Assembly (NCBI GenBank): GCA_002269645.1
Contig: NIVC01003561.1
Coordinates: 27,186-91,185, forward strand
Length of the DNA stretch: 64,000 nucleotides
Source of the DNA: Macrostomum lignano
Taxonomy: Eukaryota
Direction: 5' to 3'
The position numbers and the translations under genes are program-made. Positions 47,055 to 59,139 of the stretch are shown in pieces. The first letter of the stretch is position 1. Every line of letters starts with the position of its first letter. Below the pieces are notes generated by a model. The model made no database searches, had not been told where the DNA came from, and saw only the letters and a program-made list of their open reading frames with translations.

Positions 47055-47304
47055 TAGATTTTCCACCTCTGACCGCTTTCGATAATTGAAAATTTCTGCT
47101 TAAAAATTTACTGACTTCTAAATATTTCTCGCGCATTTTGGTTACATTTCTCTTCAACTCACCTGCAGCAATTATATATATAATACACCTTTTTTATTTT
47201 TATCGCGTTTACATTTTTCTAGTTTGTTGAATTAATTTTTATCTAAGAATTTTTGTCCTTGTTTCATTGCTAGTTTCGAAAATTCGCCTGCACTAGCAAC
47301 AGAT

Positions 47305-47720
47305 CACAGTCCTTCATCATCAGATCCCAATCCAGCATCATCAGATCCCAGTCCTTCATCATCAGATCCCAGTCCAGCATCATCAGATCCCAGTCCTTCA
47401 TCATCAGATCCCAGTCCTTCATCATCAGATCCCAGTCCAGCATCATCAGATCCCAGTCCTTCATCATCAGATCCCAGTCCTTCATCATCAGATCCCAGTC
47501 CTTCATCATCAGATCCCAGTCCAGCATCATCAGATCCCAGTCCAGCATCATCAGATTCCAATCCAGCATCATCAGATCCCAGTCCAGCATCATCAGATCC
47601 CAATCCAGCATCATCAGATCCCAATCCAGCATCATATCCCAAATTAGCATCGTCAGATCCCAGTCCAGCATCATCAGATCCCAGTCCAGCATCATCAGAT
47701 CCCAGTCCAGCATCATCATC
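47305..47720. repeat. 21-bp tandem repeat (CATCATCAGATCCCAGTCCAG)n
   Basis: About 19 copies ending about 50 nt upstream of the kinase ATG. Confidence 0.93.
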
Positions 47721-47769
47721 CAAATCTCCCCCCCCCCCTATCTCAATATTTATCGCAGCCGCAGCAGCC

Positions 47770-49491
47770 ATGCAGCGCAGCCGATTCACCGTGTCCATCG
47801 AAGGCAACATCGGATCGGGCAAGAGCACTCTGCTTGAGCACTTCAGCTCGTCGCCGTTCGTTACGGACGTTCGCGAACCCCTTGAGCAGTGGTGCAACCT
47901 GCGCGGCACCAACCCTCTGCGCCGGCTATACGAGGACCCCAAGCGCTGGTCGCTGTCATTCAACCTGTACGCCATGCTCACCCGCCTGCGGATGCACCAG
48001 GCCGAATCCAGCAGGCCTGTCCGGCTGCTTGAGCGCTCCCTGCACAGCACCAGGCACTGCTTTGTTGAGAGCTCCTTTGCTGACGGCAGCCTCTGCTCTG
48101 CCGAGTATTCAGTGCTAGTAAAGTACTATGAGCACTTACTGCAGTACAGGCCTGCAGATGTGCGGGTTGACCTCTATGTGTACCTGAGAGCGCCGCCTCA
48201 GGTTTGTGATATTTAGCATTGATATTCAACATCCCATACTCTCCCAGATCCACAGTTGCTGGGCCAGCTTCCCAGATCCTCAGTTGCTGGGCCAGCCTCC
48301 CAGATCCTCAGTTGCTGGGTCAGCCTCCCAGATCCTCAGTTGCTGGGCCAGCCTCCCAGATCCTTAGTTGCTGGGCCAGCCTCCCAGATCCTCAGTTTCT
48401 GGGCCAGCCTCCCAGATCCTCAGTTGCTGGGCCAGCCTCCCGGATCCTCAGTTGCTGGGCCAGCCTCCCAGATCCTCAGTTGCTGGGTCAGCCTCCCAGA
48501 TCCTCAGTTGCTGGGCCAGCCTCCCAGATCCTTAGTTGCTGGGCCAGCCTCCCAGATCCTCAGTTTCTGGGCCAGCCTCCCGGATCCTCAGTTGCTGGGC
48601 CAGCCTCCCGGATCCTCAGTTGCTGGGCCAGCCTCCCAGATCCTCAGTTGCTGGGCCAGCCTCCCGGATCCTCAGTTGCTGAGCCAGCCTCCCAGAGTGT
48701 CAGTTGCTGGGCCAGCCTCCCAGATCCTCAGTTGCTGGGCCAGCCTCCCAGATCCTCAGTTGCTGAGCCAGCCTCCCAGATCCTCAGTTGCTGGGCCAGC
48801 CTCCCAGATCCTCAGTTGCTGGGCCAGCCTCCCAGAGTGTCAGTTGCTGGGCCAGCCTCCCGGATCCTCAGTTGCTGAGCCAGCCTCCCAGAGTGTCAGT
48901 TGCTGGGCCAGCCTCCCAGAGTGTCAGTTGCTGGGCCAGCCTCCCAGATCCTCAGTTGCTGGGCCAGCCTCCCGGATCCTCAGTTGCTGGGCCAGCCTCC
49001 CAGAGTGTCAGTTGCTGGGCCAGCCTCCCAGATCCTCAGTTGCTGGGCCAGCCTCCCAGATCCTCAGTTGCTGGGCCAGCCTCCCAGATCCCAGTCTGGC
49101 CGCACACCTGACGCAGCCAGCACCGCCCGTCCCCACCTCACAGGTGTGCTACGAGCGCATCCTGTCGCGGTCCCGCTCTGAGGAGAGCTGCCTGCCCATC
49201 GGGCTGATCGAGCGGCTGCACGACCTGCACGAGCGCTGGATCACCAGCTCAGACCTGGGCGCCCCGGTGCTCATCCTGGACGCCGGGCTCGATCTGGCCT
49301 CGATGCGTCGAGTTTGGGACGAAAAGCGGGACATGATTCTGTGCGGCTACTCGGACACCTGTCTGGCTGGTGCGCTGTCGCCTGGCAACAAGAAGCCGCT
49401 AGGGCCGATTCAGTTAGCCCCAACGGTTGAGCAGCGGATGCCGGCAAAGGGTAACGCTGTTGCTGAGGAAGTCGCTAAATTGCAAATTTAG
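47770..49491 (+). CDS. TK2: Deoxynucleoside kinase / thymidine kinase 2-like, 2 exons (47770-48201, 49144-49491), 259 aa
   Basis: P-loop SIEGNIGSGKST, EPLEQW, LYEDPKRW, LERSLHSTRHCFVE, YLRAPPQ|VCYERILSRSRSEESC...LHDLHERW; the TK2/Drosophila dNK family pattern. Confidence 0.93.
48240..49095. repeat. 28-bp tandem repeat (CAGTTGCTGGGCCAGCCTCCCAGATCCT)n
   Basis: About 30 copies filling the kinase intron. Confidence 0.95.
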
Positions 49492-50516
49492 GGACTTGTT
49501 TAATAGCCATGAAACCATGCGTAATCCAATGTCTTATGGATTCGTCATCATAGCGTGTGTTCTCCAAAATTTTATTCATTTTTTTTTTTGCTATTTAATT
49601 TGTACACCGTTCTAAATATGCCGCTTGCTAATTCTTTATTTATTAATCCAACATATCCTGTTAATTTAGGCATTTTCTGCTATTTCTTAATTTACGCATT
49701 TGCATTCATTTTAGCACACTCTGCTGTTTAATCAATAAAAATATGCATTTTCCTTATGCGTTTAAATGTGGCTTCTCTATTTTAAAATCTGTCTAACTCT
49801 AACTCTTAGTCAAAACATATGCTATCAATATACTAGTAAAGCCAAAATAATTTTTCTATACTTTTGCACGAAAAAATAATTATGATTCTTTATAATTTAA
49901 GTTCTTATTAAATTTATAATTTTATTATCTGTATTCTGATAAGAGAGCGGGTGTAGAATTCCGACAACTTTGGAATAAAGGGGACGTGAAACTTTCACAT
50001 GCGAACTACAATTTATGCACAATATCGCTGCTCAAACCTGCTAGACTCTAGGTAGATTTGAGTCGACTTTTAGGAGACTGCAGTCGCGGTAATGTCTAAA
50101 GGTGAGGGTGAGTGTACACCCCACACCCTAGTTACATGATGTACATGTAGGTAGGATTATCTTTCATCAGCCTGGTTCATTCCTTAATTAATACAGTATT
50201 AGCAGGAGGGTCGCTTTCGGCGACATCAAGCGTAATAGGAAAAAAGCAACCTTAAAACTTTTAACACAAATTCCTCAATCCGTTAATTCAAGCTGCATAA
50301 CTCAAGTAACTCTTTAATTAAATCACGCATGTATCTATGGCCGATCCTACTGCTAATCTCTGCTATTGAAATTCAAACAGTCTCAAGTGAAGACTAAATC
50401 CAGCACCACTTTATTGTGTAGCTTAAAAGTATTTAATCTAATAACTTTCATGCGTTTCATTGGCAGCCATTTTTAACCTAAATTAGACTTTGCCACAATC
50501 TCGCCCCGCGGTCGCC

Positions 50517-53500
50517 ATGTCATCCACCAACCTCATCGTGCCAGCGGCGCCGGCCTTTCTCGATCCGCTCATCGAGATCGAGTCCTGCTACTACTACGCT
50601 GTGCCGAGATTCTTCGGCTTCCACCACCCGAACACGCGCTGGCTGATCGCCATGATCAAGGCCAAGGAGGAGGACCGGGTCAAGCGGAAGATCGAGCTGA
50701 ATCCAGAGCTGTTCAAAGGTCGCTACTTCCAGATGGTGGACCATCCGAAACTCTACCTGCCCGATGATCCGTCCGTTACACCGATGTTTAAGCGGCAGAG
50801 TGTGCTCTACCTGACAGCTTTGGGCATATCTATTTATCTTCGTAGCGTGAGTATTTATTTATTAATAGGCCTTCAAAAGTTTGCGTTGGAGATCAATTAG
50901 AGAGCTTGCTCACTTAAATAGGGGGCCGTAGCCCAGCGGTAGCGCAGCTGCTCTGGTGTGCCAGCGACCCAGGCTCGATTCCAAGTGCAGTCACATTAAT
51001 TTGGGGCTGAATTGGAATCTCGGCTCGTGCAATTAACGGCCTTGAGAGCCAACCCCCCAAGGCGCAGTGAAGTGTACATGCCTAACGATAAAATAAAGTT
51101 AGGGCCGCTGTACACTCCTGTGTGAGTGTGTGCCTGCGTACGTATCCGCGCGCTTGTGTGCCTGCTCAGGGAAGTCGGCGGAATGGGCAGTAATGCCTCT
51201 CGCCGGTTGCGTGCCTATGTCGCTTAACCCAACCCCCCTGCCTCTAATAAAAAAAATTGCTCACTTAACCGTTAAACTTGATATCAATGATGACCCTCAC
51301 AGAGTACGAGTAGCTCAGTGTGATAAGCGCGATTGGCCTTCGCGGCACAATCCCTGTGTATTCATTCCGTGGCATCCGTGTCTGACTAAATTTATTTGTT
51401 TGGGGCTTATGCACAAAATTTGGTCGTGGGTTGTCGTGCGACAGGAGTCAGCGAAATGAGCACAATTGCCTTGGCGCTGGTAGTGTGGTGATGTCTGTGG
51501 TGATGCCGACAGCCCTCCTAGAAAGTTTTTTTTAACCTAGTTAAGGGGAATTGCTGAGATGTCAAGGTTTGTTTAGGGGAATTGCTGAAATGTCCAGGAT
51601 AGGTGGGGGGAATTGTTGAGAGGGTCAATGCTTACGGGGGGAATTGCTGAGATGTCAAGGCAAATAGGATTCACATAAAAAATTTTCGTCCCTCGCTTAT
51701 TGGCTGCCCAATAATATTGTTAGTTATTTGCCTGTAATTTTATTTTCACTTTTCCAGATGAGAATTATTTAAAAGCATCAAGAAAATATGCGAAACCGCT
51801 GCATGCAAATTTACCCGCTGGCACATTTCAGCTTCCTCTGATCGACCTGATCTTGTTCCACAAAGACCCATACGGCGCAGTCGTTGGCAGCCCATACGAG
51901 CCGCAGTTTGCTTCGCATCTGCAGGATTTGAAATACGGCGACTTTCACGCGTTCCCGCCGTGCGTGATCATGCTGCGCATGTACTGCTTCGAGTCCACGG
52001 TCAGCCTCCAACAGGCCGGCTGGAACCCCACACAGCCGCTGGCGCTGCCCATGCGACGCCGCTTCGAGCGGAGAGCCTTCTACTTCTACGACTGGCTGGA
52101 GGCGGCACTCGGCCTACTGTCCGAGCGACCGCTCTACCCGCTGCAGTCGCTGATCCTGAATATGACCCGCAACATGACCATCTACAAGTTCCTGATGCTA
52201 CCGACCACTAACCTGCTGCCGCCAACGCCCAAGCAGCGCGTTCCCACCGGTCTAATTGACGTAGAAGAGCTGCCAGTCGGTACTAAAATGGTTGGAGTTC
52301 GTTCCCTATTGGAGATGGCCGAGGACTACGATCGCTACCTGCAGATGCGCAGTTGCGCCATTGAAGTGGCCGCCCTGAAGAGAGAGGCTACCGCGGTTGG
52401 ACTCAACCCGGAGATACTCATGATTCAGGTGAGATTGCTAGTCAGAAAATTAGTTAAAAACACTGTTATAGATACATAGATTATGGGTAAAATTCTGTTT
52501 TTTTTCTGGTGTTTGATTTAAATTTTAATAATCACCCGCGAGCGTTTTAATAGATAGAATAGGCATTTTGTGTCTCAAAAGACGAGCTCATTCCTCACGC
52601 AAGGCCCAAGACTACGACGGCTACGTAGCTGACAAGGAGGCAGCCGAAGAGAACGAAAACAACGCCGCCACCGCCGCCCTGCGCAACGCCAGCAACGTTG
52701 CCAACTCGGCCGCGTCCATCAGCGGTTGGTGGCGCAGCTGCGGCCTCGGCCGTCCGCGCCTACCGGACAGGCTGTGGGCGGTTGAACCGGACACCCGTCA
52801 GCAGCGACTGCTAGCTGTCAACGCTAACAACAGCGCCACGAATGCGGGCAGCGCCTCAACGGCTGACGCACAGAGCCAGCAACGGAACGTCAGCGCGGCC
52901 GCTAAGAAGAAGAAAAAGCCGCGCAATTACGTGTCGGAAGCTCTCCGGGTGTTGTACTACGCGTTGGAGAAGGACAAGACTAGCAAGAGGATGCAGGTAC
53001 GCTGGGGGTCTGGTGTAGTTTTGTAGTTTTGTAAGGGATGATGCCGTGCTTGTCATTTCGTCATGAGTCCAGTACACACCCGAGAACCACGTGCCAAAGA
53101 CGATCAGATCGCGAGACATTGTTGGGTTGTCGAGTTCTCATAAAATACCAAACTGAATTTCAGGTGTGCCTGGATTCAATTATTGTTCTCAGCAAGCGCG
53201 GCTTCTTTGTAAACGGCGAACGACTGCCAGCGGACTCATCGCGGGCTCGCGACCTACGCAACGTGGTCACTCTAGTGCTCAACATGATCCAACGCGAGCA
53301 GGAAAAGCTGGACGTCATATTTGCCAAGATCCAGTCTGGCTATAAGAAATTCCAGCACCTCGAGGAGCACAAAATGCTGGAAAACCGGCGCCTTGCTTCC
53401 GTAGCCAACATCTCTAAAATGATAGCCCTGCTCACACGGATTCTGCTCCACTCGAAGGAGCTCGTGTTCTTTGTCAACTCAAACTTTCCACCATTCCCAG

Positions 53501-55018
53501 CAAACACCGTCGACTTCACCGTTAATTATCGACTGCAGACGAAGTTTAACGACATCAAAATTGGAGTTGTCCAGGAATTCAACTCAATCAAAGACGGCTG
53601 GACCTACCTATCCAAGGAGATGCTGGAGGAGGTGGCGAAGATTAAGTCCATGCAGCTGCACTTCCGCGTTGGCAAGCAGCCGTCAGCGGCCGCCATCATT
53701 GAGGCCAAGAAGGCCGCCCGAAAGTCTGCAATGCGCAACAAGCCGAAGAACAAGAGCAACATGAGCAACACCAACAGCTGCTTTGTCACGTTCCGCAAGG
53801 TGCAGCGGATCCGGGCTCAGCAGCGCCAGCAAGACTGCCTAGCAGTCGGCGATGGGACTCGAACGTCCGCTAAAGAAGCGTTGAATTTATTGTCTAAAGA
53901 AGCGGCACTGCCAGACTGCACCGGTGAAAGCGAAAATCGTTGGTGGGCGTCTCCTTTGCCACAAAGTCAGACAACGGCAACCGCCGTGGCTGTCGGCACC
54001 GACGCGGACGGCACGCCGGCAGCGGACGCAAACGACATTAGCGAGCAAGCAGCTGTTGATGCGAGCGAATGCTATCAAATCGACGCCGCAGAAACCGGCC
54101 TGGACGAGGAGGCGCAATTGTTGCACGATCTCACCGAAGGATGCGACGGACTCTCCGAGACCGGCTTGCTAATGAACAGTCTTTACCGGGAGGTGCAGGA
54201 CTTGCTGAAGTCGCAGGGCGATACAGATTCGGCTGCTACTCGTGTGAGTATCGCTTTTATTATAACAAAATTCCTGTCAGACCCGGGTGTATATGTAGGA
54301 CGCCGTACATTGAAGGGTTTTAGGATTGATCGATGGTAACTCTAGCCATAGTTTTATCCTTCGTCCTAACCATTTTTATGTGTTGAGGGGAGAAAGGTTT
54401 CTATTACTTGTTGTCTGAAAAACGGTAGATTCGTTATAAGACACATGATGAAAATATTATCATGCCTCAACGTGGTTTATTGTATTATATTCTAGATATA
54501 TCAAATGCATATTAAAAAGAGGATTGTAGCCTAGTGATTAGAGCGTCGGACTCAAGACTTTAAGGTCGGGGATCGATTCCCGATCCCACCGGAATAATTT
54601 GTGTCCTTGAGCAAGACACCTAAATCTGCATTGCTTCAGTTCACCTTGCTGTATAATAGCTAGGTGCCAGCATTAGCTGGGGTAATTGAAGGTTGTGTGG
54701 CGACCCCCCAGTCCTTGGACTGAACAGCCGTGCGCAGCCTTCAGATGAGCTGTCGGTTGCACATCTGCCCATTAGGGGTGTGTGATCAATTATATTAATT
54801 ATTGTTATTAATAGATTAAAATCCGCAAAGCGCTATTAAATTAAAAAAGCCACCACTAAAAATTTATTTTTCAGACACCTCAGTCAAAGACAAACAAAGG
54901 CGGATGCGACGACACAGCGACCATCGAACCGAAGCCGGGTACAGAAGAGCGAATCAGCTTGAATCAGTCGAGCTACTGCGGTCGCCAAGGCACTGGCTCC
55001 GAAGTCTTTGACTGGTAG
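50517..55018 (+). CDS. Uncharacterised protein, about 5 exons (50517 to about 50799/50846, 51758-52428, 52604-52996, 53164-54243, 54875-55018)
   Basis: GC-rich ORFs bounded by GT-AG sites; the exon 2 to exon 5 junctions are all phase 0 and the last exon ends EVFDW*. The exon 1 donor is uncertain because phase 1 is required. No family recognised. Confidence 0.7.
50921..51130 (+). mobile_element. tRNA-derived SINE (second family)
   Basis: A-box TAGCCCAGCGG and B-box-like GGCTCGATTCC; no complete cloverleaf; followed by a non-tRNA body. Confidence 0.55.
51540..51712. mobile_element. Second copy of the GGGAATTGCTGAGATGTCAAGG dispersed repeat
   Basis: Matches 1228-1530. Confidence 0.6.
54521..54740 (+). 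mobile_element. tRNA-derived CORE-like SINE (copy 2, complete head)
   Basis: TGTAGCCTAGTGATTAGAGCG...GGGGATCGATTCCCG head; body matches 19540-19680. Confidence 0.82.
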
Positions 55019-57745
55019 ACGGGATTCTCTTTAACTGTGAAACTGGGCTCATGCTCGAGTAAAGAATTGCTTCCAAACATTGGGTAATTTTCTATACTTT
55101 AAAATGTAACCGGCTGCTTCATTTACTTAATACACTCTACCTTCTTGTAAAAGCATTTACCGCGTATATACTCGCCTATGAACCAGCCCCCGATCTGCAG
55201 TGCGCCTATTGTAATGTCGTAATGTCGCAAAGAATGCACAACGAAAAGGCACTGCACCCACCAACAAAACTCGCCAACAAAAGTGCTAAACCCGTCGCCA
55301 GCTTTCTAAACTGTACGACAAAAACTCTCTTGCAATTGTCGATCACTTGAACCGTCTTGTCTACTTAGGTTTCCCAACTTAGTTTTTCATTTGCTAACAA
55401 AAATTTATTTACTATAACTTTTACACACGGCAGCATATTTTAGCGCACGACCGTTAAACCTCGAAGCTTAGTTGCCTTTCTGTCAGTCAGAGTCTGCTTT
55501 GCTTTTTACCGATTTGCAGTGTTCCAAGAACTTCTAGGTTCCACAGCGACTGCGTGCGCTGATTACATTTTTGTGCTCAAAATTTGAGAGAGAACGGCTC
55601 GGAAACGGCGGTTGATGACGCGCTAAACGAATTTCTCTCCAATTTTTTAACGAGTCCTTAGTCCAGTCAGCAGTACTCTCGTATGCAGCTTCTGTCTCTG
55701 TAAAATCATTCAGCTGTACGCAACTTTACGTTCCACTTTGCATTCTTTTTGCACTTCAAGGCTAAGTTTCTATGTGTGTTTTTTTGTACACAGTCACTCA
55801 GTGTTTAGATTCACTTTTTTGCATTTATGGTATTTTTGCGTAAGTTTAATTTAATTTCAGCGACGCAACCCCCTTGTCAGTAAAACAGTGTGACACTGGA
55901 AAATCATATTTTTAACTGCTGCCCCCTCTTGCTAAATGCAATAAAAATGAGTTTAAAACGGCTTCAAATAGTTTTACAACCAATTCAGATTCATTATTTA
56001 GTTGAGAAAATACTTTCGGTTGTTTTATGGCTTTTTGATTTAACCATTTTGATTTCTTATTCATATATATTGACAAGGTAGTAGGGGAATTGAAAGTGCC
56101 TGACAGTCCTGCCGTGATCGGGCGTTCGGTCCTCAAACGTCGGTTTCAAAATCGGAACGTCTGTCCACTGATTTACCGTTGGTTTCTCTATCGCTAATAG
56201 AAAACACCAGTTTCTGCCTGATGTCGTTTTGTGTCATGTAGCGGTTCCTGACAGGATAAATCCATGCCTATTTTTGGGTATGTATGCCTAACCTGACATG
56301 TTTATGCATTAGGCAAAGTAATTACCATTCATTTCTTTTTTCAAAACTTACTTTTTTATAATTGATCACATTTAAAACGATGGTAAAGATTCCTGGTTTT
56401 TACTGAACTCTCCCGTTATTTCGTTGCGGCAAAATATTTTACAACAAAGTGTATTAATCTAGCTAAAGATACAACTGGTCCTCATAAATGAAATTTTAAC
56501 TCCTTAATTCAGTTTGCGATTGTATGCATTATTGGTCCGTTTAGTATGGAGACGATTCTAAATTTTCAGTAGGTAAATTTTTTAAAATTGAATTCGCGTC
56601 AAAATTAAAATGGGAAAATCTATAACTAAAAAGTTATACTGTTTCCATTTGTAGAGCATTTTTATAGATTTTTTTTTACTTTTTGTTAAACTATTAAAAG
56701 GCATTTAAATTTAACTCATATCAACAGTGTACTACGTTGCTTATCTATTTGGCGCGAATTTGATTTTCTAAACTAAAGTTAACGAACAATAAATGCAGGA
56801 TTTAAGAACCAATAGCTAAAAAGTATTTCGTAAAGCTTCAATGTACAATTAATGAAGAAATTTAATCGAAAGTATGTGTTAGGGTAAACCCGGCACAAAT
56901 ACTTATCGCTGTCATTTGCGTATCACGTATGTTCAGATTGCTTTGCCGTCATTCAGCTAGAAATATTTAACTCCAGGCTTCGGGAGTGCATGGAGATCAC
57001 CTGAGTAGCTACTCAATTACGAAGTGAATTAGCTAATATTCTTCAATTTTAAAGAAGGCAGTGTTTAAGCGAGGAGAAAAGTTAGCCTCAAGCTTACGAT
57101 CATTGTCTTTTTGCCGAATAAAATACATATATTTGATGCTGCAACACATTGTATTTTATAATAAAAAATAGCTCGAAAATACATGTGTACTAAATATAAA
57201 AGTGCTTCTTTCTACAGTTTCATACGCATAACAGTTAGTTTAGTTTCTGGTATCCGAGGTTTGTCGCTATAAGGCAACTTGAAGTACATTAAGTTCTAGT
57301 ATAATGAATCAACTATCACAGGAAATTGAAAGGTAACAGCAAAGATTTCGCCTTGGCATGGAATGTGAATGTGAGACATTCCATAGGAAAGGCACTGACT
57401 GTTTGTGAAGCAGATTAGCTAGCAGGTGTTACACGCACTTACTTCACAATGGCGACTGGCTGTCAAGGAGACTGGCTCTGCCCTGATTCACAGCCTGCTT
57501 CTCAAAGTCTCTGAGGCCCAGCGGGTCGTGGCTTTCCGCTTGACTGATCATCGCCCTGCGAGTGGCGGGCAAGGATTTAGCAAGGCTATTGTTAGGCTGT
57601 TATTGAATTTCTGTTTTTGTTATAAATATAATATCTGCTTATTGGCGCAATTAAGGATTAATAGAAGCAGAAGGGTTTTTGATTAGTTCAGGGACTAATT
57701 GAGTAGTCTTGAGTTTGAGGAGTCCTTGGATTAGTTGCACATGTA

Positions 57746-58327
57746 CGAGGGCTGTCCCAAAAGCAGTGTTATTTTTCATTAAATCTCTCGTTCTGATGAT
57801 CCAAATAACATCTTTTTGCACAAATCTATAGCAGCAACTTTCTTATTCATATTACGAGCGTAACTTTAACATCTTTAAAGACAGACAATGGAAACAAAAG
57901 TTATAAACAAAAATTTATCAGAAGCTAGGACCAATATGGGAGCATGACTTACAGTAAGTCAACAAGTTTGCAAAATTTTGAAGTGGCAGCTGACTAACTG
58001 GTAACTGGCTGCAGTAAATGTGTAAAATCATGTGTAATTAAAGAGCCGATGAAAGTTGCGCAATTATCTCGGCTGCCCCGTGCCTTGTGCCCCCCGTCCT
58101 CCAGGTGGACGGGGCAGAAGGGCATAATTATGTCAACTTAAGCTCATAAATTAGAGTCCTCAATTATCCCCTTGCTTATTCTCCCCTAGCTACCCAAAGT
58201 TTATGAGCTTTATGAGCTTTATGAGCTTAAGTTGACAGGCCCTTTGTGCGAAATTACGTTATTCGGCTCACCAGAACGCGAGATATAATGAAAAGTACAT
58301 GTAACACTACTTTTGGAACAGTCCTCG
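57746..58327. mobile_element. Non-autonomous mariner-like element containing a nested inverted repeat (58131-58237)
   Basis: TA|CGAGGGCTGTCCCAAAA at left and TTTTGGAACAGTCCTCG|CA at right (15/19 match including the TA). Nested TIR TGTCAACTTAAGCTCATAAA / TTTATGAGCTTAAGTTGACA. Confidence 0.65.
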
Positions 58328-59139
58328 CACATGTATTAAAGTAGGCGCTTATCACTATTTTAAAAAAACATACTAAATAAAAACAGTTGAAACTGCATTG
58401 TTTGACTAAGAGGTTCTCTTCTCTGATTGGTTGTTTTTTTTATAGCCGATTCTGTCTATTACCAGCTGGCCTGGCTTGCAGTCTGTGTGAGGGTGAGGGC
58501 TGCGAGCTTGATTGGCTTTTTGTCGAGTTGTCTATGGCCGAAAGCAGTTCTGCGGGGATTCTCCACTTGGTATGCCTGATTACACAAAAACCTGGCTGAC
58601 AAAAGCAATAGGGTACATCGTTTCCTAAATTTTCGTAATTCAAATTCTTTAAGCTATTTGCGAGTATTTGACGTCATTGCTATCATCTATAAAAATCGGT
58701 TTGGAAAATTCCGTTCGAATTTCTATCATATTTAACTTGATAAATTTGAATCGAAATGAATCGAAATTGGACAGAGCACATGCCTCTACTTTCTATTTGA
58801 AAGTTCAGGTTAGAAACAGTACATTTAGTGATAAAAACTGAGTCATTTTTCTTTCTAAAACATTTTTCAGCGAAAATTGTCTCTAGGGACAGTCCTAACT
58901 TTAATTATTTATGACTCAATATGAGTTCTTGCACTTTCACACCTTGGATACGGGCTTTACACTTCTTGCTCAAGCTCAAGTATTTCTGAGGCAAGGCTGA
59001 GTGCGCATTTTGTTACTACATGTACCTAAAAAAGAGAGTAATATAAATTGACAGGTAAGAATCCCTATGGAGGGCATATCAAGGAGTATCAGAGTTAGCA
59101 AGCGCCTGTCAGAGCGCCAGCATGAAAGACAGCCGGCAC

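Noticed and set aside
50921-51000. tRNA gene (also 54521-54600)
   Set aside because: A/B boxes are present but no convincing acceptor and anticodon stems; both continue into SINE bodies, one of which is repeated in this window.
55890-58970. Short ORFs of 60-90 aa
   Set aside because: AT-rich, no splice-consistent chain and no motifs; treated as intergenic or TE-derived.
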